The notes under the pieces: generated by a model
What the model saw: the letters and a program-made list of their open reading frames with translations, nothing else
Database searches by the model: none
What the model was told of the DNA's origin: nothing
Assembly: GCF_009914755.1 (NCBI RefSeq)
Contig: NC_060942.1
Direction: 5' to 3' (one strand)
Length of the DNA: 64,000 nt
DNA from: the human T2T-CHM13v2.0 reference genome, Homo sapiens
In this document: positions 42,159-59,786 of the stretch, piece after piece
How positions within the stretch are numbered: the first letter of the stretch is position 1
How the letters are laid out: each line of letters begins with the position of its first letter
Position numbers and translations under genes: made by a program

Positions 42159-44949
42159 AATTCCCATATTAATTGTTAATATAGATATATATTTAATGAT
42201 TTGAAAGTTTTTAATAATTGGTTTTATAAGTATAATTAGCAGCTTTCATAATCACCATTAATTATTGTATCCTTTTGCTCTTATAATTAAATATATGTAT
42301 TTATAATTTAACAGACTTGGTAGCATCTAAGCATTTAAATCACACTAGGAGATTTTTCACTCCACGTTGCACCTAGAATGATTATTTATATTTGAAAATT
42401 CATGTTTAGATATTGAAGATAAATTCAAGTGCCATGCCTAGTTTGTATTACTGACCTTGTTATGCTGATTTAAAGATGGATGTTGGTAACCTGTGTAATC
42501 GCATGATCATTGATACACATAAATTTTATGGGTGTAAGAAATTTCCTTGAAGTAAGAACTCTGTTATCTTGTCTTCTAGGCTAAGTTCAAATACATTTGG
42601 ATAAAAACTGGGACCAAGGTTGAATTTTGACATATATCTATTCTATGCCAGTCACCCTTTTAAGAAGTATTTTACGTGATTTACCTTATTTAATTTATTC
42701 AACCACCTCTTTGATTAGGAAACTTGCAAAAGAGAGTTAGTTCACTTACTCAAGGACATACAAGGTGTGACTGAGTCAAGATCCTAATTCAGGTTGTTTG
42801 GCTACAGAGCTTAGCTTTTCCTACCAAGCTCAGGGAGCCCTCCTCAGGTCCTGCCCAGCACAGTCCAGAGTACTTTGCTTGCTTTAGTCCAATTCTTTCA
42901 CAGTAGGCACTGTTTGTTTTTGAGTTTATGGACGAACTGACTCAGATTGAGAGTGATTTTCATAAGGTCACAGAACTAGCAAGTTTTGTAAGGTGAGATT
43001 TATCTACCAGCCTGCTCTTGGCAAGGAGTGTGACTCTCTCTGTGGCCTCTGCTGTTGGGATGCTGTGTGTGATAAAATCCCCTGCTTCTTTCTTTCCTGA
43101 ACCCTTGCAGGAGCTTCACCAGAACCTCACAAGCATATAGTGTTGAAATGTTTATGTAATTAAGAAATTTATCCATGTTAAAATTATACCCAGCATTTGC
43201 TTTAATTTAAATTTCTTGGTTTAGTGGTAAGATAACTATTTTCCCAGACATCTCCATTCTAATTGTATTTCTGCTAATGCAGATTGCTTTTTCATATTAT
43301 TTGCTAATTATTTATTGGTATTTTGATGCTTTTTCTGGTTAATTAATCCAACAGATTACTTAAGTTCCAGACTTTTGATAATTTATAAACTTGATACTGT
43401 GTTGTTAGTTTAATGTGGACACCGTTTCATTTTCTCCACTGACTCACCTTGTTAAATTTTGACCATTCCTTCTTTCTGCCTTCTGATCAAGCAGTGAAAA
43501 TTCCTGCATGACTCTGGTTTCTGACCCTAGTTGGGCTAATGAAACATCCTTTGGCTTCTTCTTCAGGAATGTGGGGAGCTGTCAATCAGGGATGTCAACA
43601 GAACCCTTGGAGTCTTTTGAACTGTTTTTTAGGACAAAGGATGATTTAGCAAGCTTCTTCTGAGTACCACTAGCAAGTGTTTGAATGTGTCAAAGACAGA
43701 CCTTTAAAATATTTAAGTTTGGCCTGCATTTTATGTAAAAGCTAACTGCACAATTTCTTCTTAAGGCAAGTCATAGTTTAGCTGGTAGACTATCACCAGA
43801 TAGCTCTGATCTGCAGACCATACTGAGTAGCATAGGCTTTTTTTTCACATGTGGAAAAAAAAGGTTTCTGAATCAACACTAATTTAGGGGAAAAATAAAT
43901 GGAAGCTTATATTGTGATGGCTTATGTCATTCTGAGATTTACAACAGAAACTAACCCGTTTCTAAAGATGTCAATCAATGAAAAACTTGACGTATGGGAA
44001 ATTAAACAGTCTCTTTAGAACGTTCTAAATAGTCAACCTGTCACTACTCAATTGTTGTATGTGTGGCTCATTTCCTGAGATACAGTCATTAGCGTCATCA
44101 GATAGTTAAAAGGTTGTGTTTGCTTTACTCAGTGTTTGTTTTTTACTTATAAATTACAAAGCTCACACCTAGTATTTTCTACCTAAGTCACTGAAGCAGT
44201 TTGTCTAAATGACACACTGTAATACAATTTAGTTCTCATTAAAGCTTCCCTTTTCTTATAAAAGGAGAGCACATTGCTTGTTACTACAGAACCCACCGGG
44301 TTTCCTCTCTGCAGTGAGCCTCTTCCAATACTGCTTTGTCTCTTATGATAACTGTGTTTCACAAGTCCCTTTTAAGATTGATGGTCCTAAATCCATAAAG
44401 TTTACAGCCACTTCTGGTTGTTACTTATGTAACTGTTGGTGAACTTAATGATCTGATTTGCTAATTCTGTGAATCTCTTTTTATTCTTTCTGTGCTCAGT
44501 GAAAACAACTTAAAATATGATATACAACTAAACTGTGAAGTTCTTGCTGCAGGAATAGGTCCAAGTTTGTCTCGTTTGTAGTTCTCAAAGTGCCCCAATA
44601 CATAATGGGTGCTCAGATGAATCCTGCCATGGCTAAAAGTGACTAGTTAAGGTGAAATAATATATTTTTCTTCAGCTCAATATTTTTATGAATAATAAAA
44701 ATAGCCGTTCAGTTGTGCTGTGAATCACTAAATTGACAATTGAATATCTTTTTGGTATTTAATATAAATGTCTTAAAGCAAAGGTTATAAGCACATCTGA
44801 GGTATATGAGCTGTGCTTATTAATTTTGTAGCACCTAGATTGATGTGGAATTCTCTCAAGTAGAACAGAGTAACGTGAACTAAATGGCATGATTTGTAGA
44901 ATGATCCATGCCAGGATGATCCCATCAGCTGCTGTCCCTGGTGAGGGAG

Positions 44950-45320
44950 TGTATTAGTCCATTCTCACACTGCTATGAAGAAACACCTGAGGCTCGGTAT
45001 TTAAAGGAAAGAGGTTTAATTGACTCACTGTTCCGCGTGACTGGGAAGGACTCAGGAAACTTAGAATCCTGGCAGAAGGTGGAGCAAACACATCCTTCTT
45101 CACATGGTGGCAGGAGAGAGAAGTGCCAAGCAGAGGGGGGAAAGCCCCTTATAAAACCATCAGATTTCATGAGAACTCACTCACTATCATGAGGACAACA
45201 TGAGGGTAACCACCCCCATGATTCAATTAACTCCCACTGGGACCCTCCCACGACATGTGGGGATTATAGGAACTACAATTCAAGATGTAATTTGGGTGGG
45301 GACACAGCCAAGCCATATCA
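44950..45320 (-). mobile_element. THE1 (THE1C/D-like) solo LTR
   Basis: tgtattagtccattctcac...gacacagccaagccatatca; TSD gggag/gagag (4/5). Confidence 0.94.
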
Positions 45321-46254
45321 GAGAGTAAAGGGATGTGCAGTTGGTTAGAGAGTTTTACTTCAGCTTCCCTGTGATACAGTATTACTTCTTTTTGCTATCT
45401 TACTGTGTTTTCACCAGCATGTCATGAATGGGGCAAAAATTAATACAACTAACAAATGGTCTTTTTCAGTAGTTGTTGGGAATCCACAAGGAAGGCAAGA
45501 AGAGACAGGGCAAACGGAAAGAAAATGTGTCATTTGGGAGAAGAGAGAATTTTTGTTATTCATGTCTTATTCCCTAGTGGCTGAGAAATAAGTATTTTAT
45601 GTTTGTAGGAAGGGCATAGAAGAGGCAGTAGCTTAGGAGGGATATATGATATCTGGTCTGCAGAATGTGAATGCAGCTTGGAGACTGTGGTTTCATCAGA
45701 CTGAAATGGGTGCTAATAAACATTTTTAGGGCGATGGTGGCACCTCCCTGCAGAGGCTTTGTTCCCTTTGAGCTTTGCTCCCGTAGTTCATTTATTTCTC
45801 CACAGGCCTTCCTCTTCCCTATTTCAGGAAATTTCTGGAGACATATTCTTTAGGAGCTGTGTCAGTACTGACTGAGGGAGTTGGAGGAGGGGTGTAACCT
45901 GGTATTATGATAATCAGGGGATGAGATCAAAGTGTAAAGGACAAATTAAAAATGAAAAGCTTTCTTAGGAAGCAGAGCACAGTGGTTTTGATTATTGGGA
46001 GGAGTTGCATTATGGTCTTAAAGCATTTGTGGGCTCTGATGTCAGTTGTAGGTTGCAGCCAGAATTGATTTGATTTTGCAAAATGCAATTGAGTTAGAAT
46101 AGAAAATGTACATGCAGTACATATATACACATGGTTAGAAGCGTAGTGGTACACTTTTTTTTAATGAAAGCCTGGGTATGTGTGTGTGTAGGTAAATGTA
46201 TATAGAGACATGTCGCTTTACACATGTATGCTGAAATGTAAAGAGCAATATATT

Positions 46255-46585
<331 letters not shown>

Positions 46586-48960
46586 TCAAAATGTTTGAAA
46601 AATATTAGTCTTAGGAGCACTGCCTTTGCAGTTTGAAGGTAAAAACTTTGCATTCCCCTTGGCCCTATCCGATGCTTTCACTTGTCCTCTAGTGGGTTCA
46701 CCCTGCTCTCTCTTTCTTCAGAGCTTCATTGTTGTGAGGATTTAATTAGATCAAGTTCATGGAGCACCTGGCTTAGGCACTGGTGGCCCATTTTGTTCCC
46801 GTACCCTCTTCCCTTCTCCTTAAGACATGCAGATGTACGTGGTGATTCCATGTGCCGTGGCCTATTGGCACCCTTTATTTTCTCCTTTCCTTGAAGCCGG
46901 GTCTTTTCTATATTCAGAGCCTGGGTGCAGCCTTTCCATTCACCATGACCATGTGTGTCCACTTGCTTCCCACTTTCCCTCTTCATTTTCTTCTGCAACG
47001 TTCTTTCGTAGTCAAAGGGGTTGGCTTTTATAACTTACCTTTGGGTTAAGAAAGCAGATTTTTCTTTTTTTCATTCTTTTCTTTCAATTTTCCTCATCTG
47101 CTGTTGAGGAAAAATGTATATTTGGGTACCAAGGATGCTATATTGTTTACTCTTTGCTATAACTTTAAGCCTATGCTACTCAGTATGGTCGGCAGATCAG
47201 AGCTGGCCCACTCGTTGTTTCTGGTCCCTGACCAGTACAGAAACTGAGAGCAAGTCTTTAGAAAATTTTTATAGGAATTGGACAGAATAATTTTATTTCA
47301 TCGAATAATAACAAATCTGGGGCTACCATGTTGTGTGACTAAACAATTTCATTTTTCTAGCAATTCATGTTTATTGTATTTTATATAAATTGGTCTGAGA
47401 TGCACTGGACTTTTTTTTTTAAAAAAACAACAACAACTGGTTTTTCATTACAGGTTGTTTGAGAAGTGCTGCTCTAGTGAACTGAATTGTTCTAACTGGT
47501 TGTATCTGCATAGGTCAGATGAAGCACAAATAACCCCATAAACTAGAGTCAGGAGATATGCCTGCAGTGATGGAACTTGTTAACATTTTGTTTGCCTCTC
47601 GTATTCTAAATCCACAAATTTAAAGGCATGGTCATACAAGAAAAAGGCAAAACAGCCAAAGGGAGGCAAAGACCAATAATCTGTGGCTTTTGCTAAAATT
47701 AAGAAGTTTAAAAAGTGAATTTTATAATAGCTTTAAAGTTCATAAAATGCTGCTTCTCTGTAAGCCAAAGTATTGAAGAAGCCATGTAACTCTTTCTTCC
47801 TGCTGGATAATGGAAAATATTCTTTTGTTGTTGTTGTTTGCAAAGTTTCTCAAATACACTTGGAAGAGAATTCATGTAGTTTTCTCAGCCTTGACAAATC
47901 TAGAGCTCCAAACACACCAATGCAAATTTTAATGATGGGTTAGAAAGGAATAATTCTGTGCAGTTATTACTGCTGTCACAAACAATGATGGAAGATAGTT
48001 TAATCAAAAGCCTTTGCCAGTGGATATGATTGGCTAAATTTAATTCACCCAGAGATTTGAGAATGTGAACATTGCATGTTCTTATCAAAGAGTTTTCCTT
48101 TTTGGGGAAACCAAAATAATTATTCTTAAGAAGCTTCTAAGTCTGCATCTAAAGGCTGTCCCTTTTTGAAGCTGACTCCATCATGCAGAGCTCATTTCAT
48201 TTGCCTGCAATGGTATATTTTCTACTTATATACTAGTGACTTAAGGGTGTTTTGTTATCTGAACACAAACGGAATTTCTATGCTAATTTGAATTATGATT
48301 TTTTAAAAATTTACCGAGCTGGAATGCTTTTTGTAGGAGGAAAGAATTGTAAGGAAGTAACTACAGAGGGAGACCCAATTACTCTTTGAAAATGCATTAC
48401 CTCGCAGTCAAAACATTTAAGTAGAAGGTGAAAATTAAACATTCAGCCATATAGGGATAGTTTAAAAAACAGACTTAATAGTCTAAAATTGAATATAAAT
48501 GCTTTGAATTCTGTAATTCTCTAAACATTGGTTGGTGAGTTGACTTTATACCTTCATAGCAGATAGGTGATAAAAACGAACTAAGAAGCAACACTTCTCT
48601 CCCTCCTGCCAACTGTAACTTTACTGCAGGTTGCTAGACTTTCATATTTGCTTCTGTAAACTCATTGGCACATAATAGTACACCACTGTCAGGAAACACG
48701 AGTGTGGATAGAAACGTCACCTTTTGTACTTTAAAGCTGTGAGTTAAGTCCTGATGGCCACACACTGAAATAAAGATACCCTTTCCCCAAAAACGTAAGG
48801 GGAAGATTAATTGAGTTGAAGGTTTTGTGTTATCTCAGTACTAATGTTCTTCTCTCGTAAAGAAAGGAAACTTAAAAATTACCACTTAGGTGAATTATAG
48901 TAGGACCAGGAGAGTTGTGAGGTGAACAGGGGGAAATAGAGATAAATGGTAAAGAATTCC

Positions 48961-49253
<293 letters not shown>

Positions 49254-49710
49254 AGAGCCACATAATTTTAAAAAGCCATACATTTAGGAGGGTTGTGGAG
49301 CTAAAGTCATCATAATGAAAGTCAGGAGCATTTGCTGGGCTTGTGTTTTGTGGCAGGCTTTGTCCCGCTTGCCTTGTATGCATTCGTGGTTAATTATGAG
49401 GCTGCATAGATACACCAATTGGGAGACTGTAGAGGAAGGGAAAAAGGGAATCTCACAGAGGAGTGTACCGCAGGGGAAGGTGCTTGGCAGAGACTTTTCC
49501 TCTAAAAGATCATGAGTGTTGAAATCTGAGTGCTGCTTAATTGATTTCCAGATCAGTTGGGAGAGACTAGCTGTGCTAGTGACCATGGGGGCAGTCCAGA
49601 CAGAATTGCCTCCCAAGGACCTGAACCCCTGCCAGAGGAAGACTGTGCATAGAGTCTGCATTTCCACCAAAGCCCTGCCCCTGCACTTGAGAAGCCTCTC
49701 ATGAATTTCA

Positions 49711-50288
<578 letters not shown>

Positions 50289-51709
50289 TCATTCTCTTCT
50301 AATAGAGACTACTTGCTGTGAACGTAAAAATATCATCTGAGGTTTGTCTTCTTCATCAGTCCTTTTCTTTTTTTTTGTCCTTTTTAAACACAGAGGAAGG
50401 GGGCAGAGGCTTCACAGTTCTTCACCCGTTCTTACAGTTTCAGAGACAGCTTAGGAGTGGAAAGAGGAATGAAACCACCAAACCCCCCTTCTTGCCACTC
50501 CTTGCATTGAGGAAAGATCCACTTCTGTAGGATCTTCAGCTTTGTTTAAAAGACATCATGCACTGATAAAGCTTTCCCTTTATTTGAGAGGACAGTTGCC
50601 CCTCATCACTTCACAACATGAATGTCCTGCAAAAAATTGCACATAAACCAAGAGGACTTGTGTGTAATAGGGATGTCACTCCCCTGTCTAGTAATCCTCT
50701 ATGAGTTAATCTGCACTACAGAAGCATGCCTCAAAGCAAAATAGACTATTCTTAGTCAAACAGGGAAAAAAGGAGGAGAAAAGACTATAAAAGCTAGGAT
50801 CACTTGAGTAACTTAGATTATACCTGAATTTCACCTGGATCTCAACATAAAAATTCTTGTGTACTTTAGACACAAGAGTGTAAGAGCATTTCATGCTGGA
50901 ATGGAGCAGAGTGGATTTAGCATTGGAGGCAGGCTGTGTAGCTAGTAAAATAACAGTTTTGGAAAACTGGGTGATTTCCTTAACAGTAATGGTAGAAAGG
51001 TACCCAGTTTATGTAAATATGTGAAAGGAGGCCCCTCTGAGTGCTTCACAGGATGTGGGCAACACTTATTTTGCCGTCCTGTGTATATTGCCGTGCTTTC
51101 CACCCATGCTTGCCCAAGCTTAAGTGATGGGAACAATGAGAGATACAATATTCTTGGCAATATGGCCATACTCCAGGTTTTGTTCATTCAGACGTGACCT
51201 CAAGAACATGTCATGCCTCAGCTCCACCAGTAAGGATATATGTGGTAACTGTTGTAGATAACAGAGCCCCCAGTGATAGAATCTGGCGTAAATCAGCTTC
51301 TATTTCACTAAGAGCAGGAAAACACAATCTGTAACTCATACACAGGAACGTCCTACTCTGGATTTATGATGGGGTTCATCAACCCTGCATGTTTTGAAGA
51401 TTTTTTACATTTGTAAACAGTAACTAACCTGAATTATTTCAATGATACTCTCGTCACTTGTTCTTTCTCTGCCCCTCTTTCTTAAATGACAGTTAAAGTT
51501 CTTCCTTAATGCTGAAATATATTTCATAGGTAAGTTATATTTCACAGATAGGTTCGCTTGTGACTTGGCTTTTGTATTTCTAGGTACATAACATTCATTG
51601 CTTGAAAAATTGCTCTGTTTTAAAATAGCTACTATAATTTCCCTTCACTGCTGTGAAAGGGTATTTTTTTCATATGTGTTCAAAAAGCACATGAAGAAAC
51701 ATGGGGTTA

Positions 51710-51900
51710 CTGGAGTGTGGCATAATGAGTAATGGGCTGGAAACTCAGAAGCTCAAAGTTCTGGTTTTGCCACTAACTCATCCTAAAACCTAGATAAGCT
51801 GCTTCTAATCTCTCTGTGACCCCATTCCTGTTTATCATAAATGGTGTTAAACCTGGCTCACCTCATAGCTGTAAAGGTAGCAACCATAAGAAAGCATATG
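51710..51900 (+). mobile_element. MIR
   Basis: tctggttttgccactaactc...taatctctctgtgacccca...cataaatgg. Confidence 0.6.
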
Positions 51901-52732
51901 ATAATATAGATCCTTTAACAACAGCCTCTTAATCGGTGAAGGATATCTACATCTGTATTTTTCATTTGATACTTACAGTCATTCTTTGGGAATTACTATA
52001 AAAAAGTGGTCTTCTTGTTTTGCTGTTTAGGCAATCACAGCATGTAAACAAGACAGAAATTCCATACATTTTCTAGTACCGTGTATGTGTGTGTTTACTG
52101 ATAATGTGTGGGTAGACAATAAACACATATTAACATATATACACACCTTGAACATTGTGATTCACAATGAGGGTACCCATCTGTGTAGTATTTTTATTTT
52201 TTTCATTTTTATACTCCAAGTTCAGGTGTACTTGCTCCTTAGAATTTCAACGCATTTTTTCTCTGTGCTAAAGCCGACCTATGATAGCCTATTTTCCCTT
52301 GTATCTTAGAACATTTTGCTTTTATCTTTTACTGTGTGAAATATAAAATTCATATGGGGAAGGCTCAAGTGCTTGGTATCTGGAAAGCTTGAATCCATCT
52401 GGAAGCTCCTCAACACTCATGGGTAGGTTAGGGCCATTGGGGTCAAGATCCAAAGAGCTCGTGAGACTTCTTAGAATGATCGTCCTTCAGTTGGGACAAT
52501 GATTGCCTAAGTCATCACCTTGTTGTGAGAACACCTCCACTGTCAAGGAGAAGTCAGTTGTTCCAGTGATGGAGGTGGGGTACTGGTGCTGAAGTGCAAG
52601 AGGATCGTATTACATTGACAGCAGGGAACAGATGGGACCAATATCATGACCCTAAGATGCACAGCCCACCCAATCTTTTGTCTTTCTCTAGGTTATACAG
52701 AGTGATTACTGAGTATTGCTAACATGATGGGA

Positions 52733-52920
52733 CAGTGCTGTTCAGTAGAACTTTCTGCTGGATGGAGATGCTCTGTATCTGTGCTGCCCAGTGTGGTAGC
52801 TACTTGTCACACGTGGCTATTGAGCACTTGAAACACAGTTGGTGTGAATGAGGACACGCATTTTAAATATGGAATTTTAATTTTTATTTTAAATAATCAC
52901 CTGTGACTCCTGACTGCTAG
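52733..52920. mobile_element. MER3-like hAT-Charlie element
   Basis: cagtgctgttcagtagaactttctg...cacacgtggctattgagcacttgaaa. Confidence 0.8.
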
Positions 52921-53209
52921 ACCTAAGGCGAGTCTACAAACATTATGCTACATTTCTGTTATTTAGAAGTCAAATTACAGTAACATCCAGGGAATTTTCC
53001 ATTAATACTATGTGCACTCTTGAGAACATATAGGGGGATGATAGGAGGAGGAGGTGGTGATATATGAAATAGGAATGGAAGAAATGGCAGTTTAAGCCTA
53101 AGTAAGACATGGAATTGCAGTGCCAACCCATGTAAATGGTGGTGGGTTTTCAGAGATAACCAGAAAGTAGTGTTTCAGGGTATGACTCTCCTTGATTTTG
53201 TTTTTGCAG

Positions 53210-53481
53210 GTTCTTTCATGCTGGTGAATGCCTCTGGGAGACCTGAGGGGCAGAGAGCCCACCTGCTCTTACCCCAACTTAAAGAAAATGACACCCACTG
53301 CATCGATTTTCACTATTTTGTGTCCAGCAAGAGTAATTCTCCTCCGGGGTTACTCAATGTCTACGTGAAGGTCAATAACGGGCCACTGGGGAATCCTATC
53401 TGGAATATATCTGGAGACCCAACACGTACATGGAACAGGGCAGAACTGGCCATTAGTACTTTCTGGCCTAACTTTTATCAG
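53210..53481 (+). CDS. PTPRM: Internal coding exon (272 nt, phase 1 to phase 0) of receptor-type tyrosine-protein phosphatase mu, MAM domain
   Basis: Translation (G)[90 protein letters not shown] matches the PTP-mu MAM domain as I recall it; acceptor ttttgtttttgcag ends at 53209; donor CAG|gtatgt starts at 53482. Confidence 0.96.
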
Positions 53482-53579
53482 GTATGTGCTTTCTTTTTAT
53501 TACATATTTTGAAGCATCCTCTAATTTCTAAAAATATAAATTATTGTTATATCATTATAATCAGAAAAGGTTGTTGTAT

Positions 53580-54245
53580 TTTTGTTGGCAAGGTTGTGGA
53601 GAAAGGGGAACTCTCATCCTATACTGTTGGTGGGATTGTAAATTAGTTCAGCCCCTTTGTAAAGCAGCTTGGATACTTCTCAAAGAACTGAACAGAGACT
53701 TACTGTTCAACCCAGCAATCCCATTACTGGGTATATAACCAAAGGAAAATCAATTACATGAGTTCAGGTGTTTTTTTGGTAGAATGTTTATCACAGCACA
53801 ATTCATAATAGCAAAGACATGGAATCCACCTAGGTGTCCATCAGTGGTGGACTGGATTAAAAAAAACATGGTACATACACACCATGGAATAGTGTGCAGC
53901 CATAAAAAAGAATGAAATCATGTCTTTAGCAGCAACTGGAAGCCATTATCCCAAGCGAATTAATGCAAAAACAGAAAACCAAATGCTGCATGTTTTTACT
54001 TATAAGTAGGAGCTAAGCACTGGGTGCACATGGACATAAAGATGGGAATAGTAGACACTAGAGAATACAAAAAGGAGGGGAGCAAGGGTGGAAAAACTAA
54101 CTTTTGGGTGCTGTGCTCACTACCTGGGTGACGGGATTAATCATACCTCCAAACCTCAGAATCATGCAGTTTACCCAGGTAACAAACCTGCACCTGTTCC
54201 TCCTGAATCTGCAATTTAAATAAATGAATAAATAAATAAATAAAT
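53580..54245 (+). mobile_element. 5'-truncated LINE-1 3' end (L1PA15/16 or L1PB-like)
   Basis: tgttggtgggattgtaaattagttcagcc...cactacctgggtgacgggat...gtaacaaacctgcac plus (TAAA)n tail. Confidence 0.9.
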
Positions 54246-54427
54246 TTTTATAACAGTGCAAGAAAAACCTATGCTATTTGATAAGGAGTGTCTTAAGGCT
54301 TTGTCAAATTAGTAAAAAATACAATTCAAAATTTGTTTATGCCTGGCATGTATTGTTTTAAGAAAATAAAAGCAGTCACTTGTAGGAGGGCAAGAAATGC
54401 TATCTACGGGGTTTGCAAATATATTTT

Positions 54428-54849
<422 letters not shown>

Positions 54850-55679
54850 TGAGTCATAAGAGATGAGCCCTGTGGAGACGAGCCAGTGAGGGGCAGGTCC
54901 CTGCTTCTACCCATGTAAGCAACAGGAAGAAAGTACCAGATGTAGATGGAGTCCTTGTCACAGAGGCACTGCCACAAGACCTGTCCTGTTATTTTGGGGG
55001 CTCTGTGGAGACCTGCAGTAACTGCTTTGAGTTCCTGTTTAAAGTAACTGAAGGGCGGAGGCCCATGGACATTCAGAAGTGGTACCAAAGCAGTTCTGAC
55101 GTCACGTCCTGTCTGCCCTTCTGTGGGGGATTCCTGTGACACAAGAGCATCCTAACTTAGGATCAAAGTGGGAAATTAGTGACAATGGGCATTTGGAGAG
55201 CTTTTTCTTTTTTGTCCACAGCATCTTTTAAAAATAACAGTATTGAGAATACTCAATTAATGGCCAACTACGAGGAGGAATAAAGAGGATTGCAATATTT
55301 TGCTTTTCTCTTTCTTTAATTCCTTTGGCTCAGACAGGAGCCAGCTGGAACATGCATCTAAGATCATTTTTCATGTTTAATTGAGGTGCTTGGCTAGACA
55401 TAGGGAAGGGAAAGCTAGGGCTTTCCAGGGCTGCTTGTCTTCAAAATGGGCGTGAACAGCATCCAGTAATCCATTCTGCAGCTTTGGTGTTTATGAGTTA
55501 AGATCCATCAACCCCAATTTCTCTCTCCCTGGACTGATGAATAAATGGGCTGTAAATTTCTTGCTTAATTTATCTTTGTAGGCATATACCTACAACAATT
55601 TCTAGGATTTAATGAGTGACAAGTAAATGTGTTGTTTTTTTTTAATGGAAATGAAGACATAGGGAAAGCTCTGTGAGTA

Positions 55680-56550
<871 letters not shown>

Positions 56551-56702
56551 AAAATTTGTTTTTCCTCCAGAAGGAAAATATCTTTTTAATAAACACATGC
56601 TTTTTATATAAATGTACTGGTGACCAATCAGTAGTTTAAAGCATATGGCCTCTGGGACAAAACTTAGGAAATGCGTTTCATAGGGTTAAAAAGCAAGTGG
56701 GT

Positions 56703-57175
<473 letters not shown>

Positions 57176-57766
57176 CTATTCTAGGTTCTTCCTCAGTCTC
57201 CAGTTGTCTGCTGGATTGAGGCCAGTGGACAGCACTCCTAGTTGATATCAGAAGGTATGTCCTGCTCATGTTTTCCCTGAGTTTCTTCTCTTGGGCCTTA
57301 GCAGTGTCCACACAAAACCTCTAGAATGGGCTTTCTTGAGACCATCACAGCCTCCAGAGCCACAGTGTGCTGGTTTAGCGTGGCCTTGGCTGCAGTCAGA
57401 CGTGGAATTTCTGTTTTGCCTTTTATGTCCCTACCTCAGTCAGCTGCATTAAAGGAATGATGCGGTTTATGAACAGTCTTGGAAGACCAGACTTTAAAAA
57501 GGAACTGTTAAACTACATTGAGAGTAAGATGGTCCCATATATTTCAGGCCATTGTCATTTTCAGTGAATTCTTACTTATCTTGAGCACCTTTGGATAACA
57601 TATTTCACCTTCCCAATTGTGAACTTTTCTGCTCCTAACCTTTAAGCCCTCTCACTTTTCACTGTCATCACTCACACTTTACTGAGCAGTAAATGATTTG
57701 CCAAATTAAGTTAGAAGTTTTTTCTCATAGCTTTTTGGTTCATTTTTGAATGTATTGCTTCATTGA

Positions 57767-58133
57767 TATCTTAGTCTGCTGTGCTGCAGTAACAAAATAC
57801 CACAGGACTGTACGGCTTAAACAACAGACAATATTTCTCACATTTCTAGTTTGAGAAGTCCAAAATCAGGGTGCCAGCATCGTCCGATTCTGGTGAAAGT
57901 TCTCTTCCTGGTTTGCAGATGGTCATCTTCTTTCTGTGTCCTCACACAGTTAGGGGGAGGTCAGGGAAGCAAGAGCTCTCACGCCTCTCTTCTTATGAAG
58001 GTCTACTCCCATCATGAGGGCTGTCCCCTCGTCACCCCATCGCCTCCCCAAGGCCCACCTCCTAATACCACCATTTTTGGGATTAGGGTTTCAGCGTGAA
58101 CTTGGGGAGTACACAAACATTCAGTTCATAGCA
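57767..58133 (-). mobile_element. MLT1A/MLT1A0 MaLR solo LTR
   Basis: tcttagtctgct...taacaaaataccacag...cacaaacattcagttcatagca. Confidence 0.88.
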
Positions 58134-59124
58134 CTGATAGATTCATTAGGAATAGCTTCATACTTTGAATTTAAAGATGGATTTGTAGAGATTCTTTAAT
58201 ACAGTGTTGCTAAGTTTTTATTTTTTTGTTGTTGGGAAAATTTTTATTTTAAAATGGAAATGGAAATATACAGGAAAAGCTTGTGCTTTCCTTTTTTTTC
58301 TTTGCATAAACAATAATAATGCAATCCAGGTCAAAGCACAAGGCAGAAACTTGAGAAAAGAACAGTTATTACAAGTACATGGTCTTCTTTTCAAATATCC
58401 ATGAAAACGTTTAACGACTGGATGGCTAGGTACCTACAGAAAGCTCCAAAGCAGTAATCTGGCCTTTTAGTTTCAACAGGACTATTTTGAATCTTAGATT
58501 TATCAGTCACTCCTTTCCCATTCTACTTGTTCTAAGAATTAAGTATATAATGAAAATAAAAAGCCCACATCCTGACTTTAAATCTCCACTCTCCTAAAAA
58601 CCTGTTTGAGGAAACAAAAATGGGGAAGAAGAAGATCAGAGCAAAAATATTGTTAACACTGGCCGCCCTCATGCAGGTGGGCTACTACCAACTCCTGATG
58701 AACATCTGTAAAGAGTATAGATCTACTGAAAACCCACTTGTTTGTTTAATTCCTGAGCACTTCCAGCAAGCATCGGCCTTGGAACTTTTAAAGACAGAGT
58801 TAAGGTAGCACTTCCTTATTATTTCCCCTTTATCTGCTGGGCAGTAAACAAATTGAAATCATTGCCCTAATAGCAATATAAACTATTAGGTAAATGGCAC
58901 ATTGTAGATGCGGCAAGAGAAATGTCAGCAGGAAACTTCCCAGACACTGAACTGCAGGCCTTAAAATCGCTATGTAAGACCTGAATGAGGTTTCCCAGTT
59001 GGGTTAAGAAGGACAGGCCGTATTCACAGATACAAAGTAAAAGGAAGACACCTACCAAATCCAATTTTCACCCCTGGCCTGAGGTGTCAGCCTAATTAGA
59101 GATGGTCAGAAGAAAAGCCTGGAC

Positions 59125-59158
59125 AAAAAACAAAACAAACAAACAAACAAAAAAACAA
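59125..59158. repeat. (CAAA)n simple repeat
   Basis: Seen directly. Confidence 0.85.
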
Positions 59159-59422
59159 TAAGCTGTGAAGTTGAGCCAGGGGAGGGGCTTCCTTGGGCTG
59201 CAGATCCAGTCCCTAGTCCATGGGGCCAGCACACGTGTACCGAGGAGATGCCTGTTGTAGTCTGATGCTCTCAGAAATACAAGTCATGCAAGAGCCCGTC
59301 TGCTTTTGATATGATTTCCCATATAGATTTCTTTATAAGGAGTTCTGTACTGGCCTGAAAATGTGACTCTGGTTTTTGACTATTATATTTCTGATTCCAA
59401 AATATAAAAAATATATTTTCCA

Positions 59423-59786
<364 letters not shown>

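Noticed and set aside
53170-53646. 158-aa ORF as a standalone gene
   Set aside because: Only 53210-53481 is exon; the GTG start and the tail are intronic and partly L1-derived
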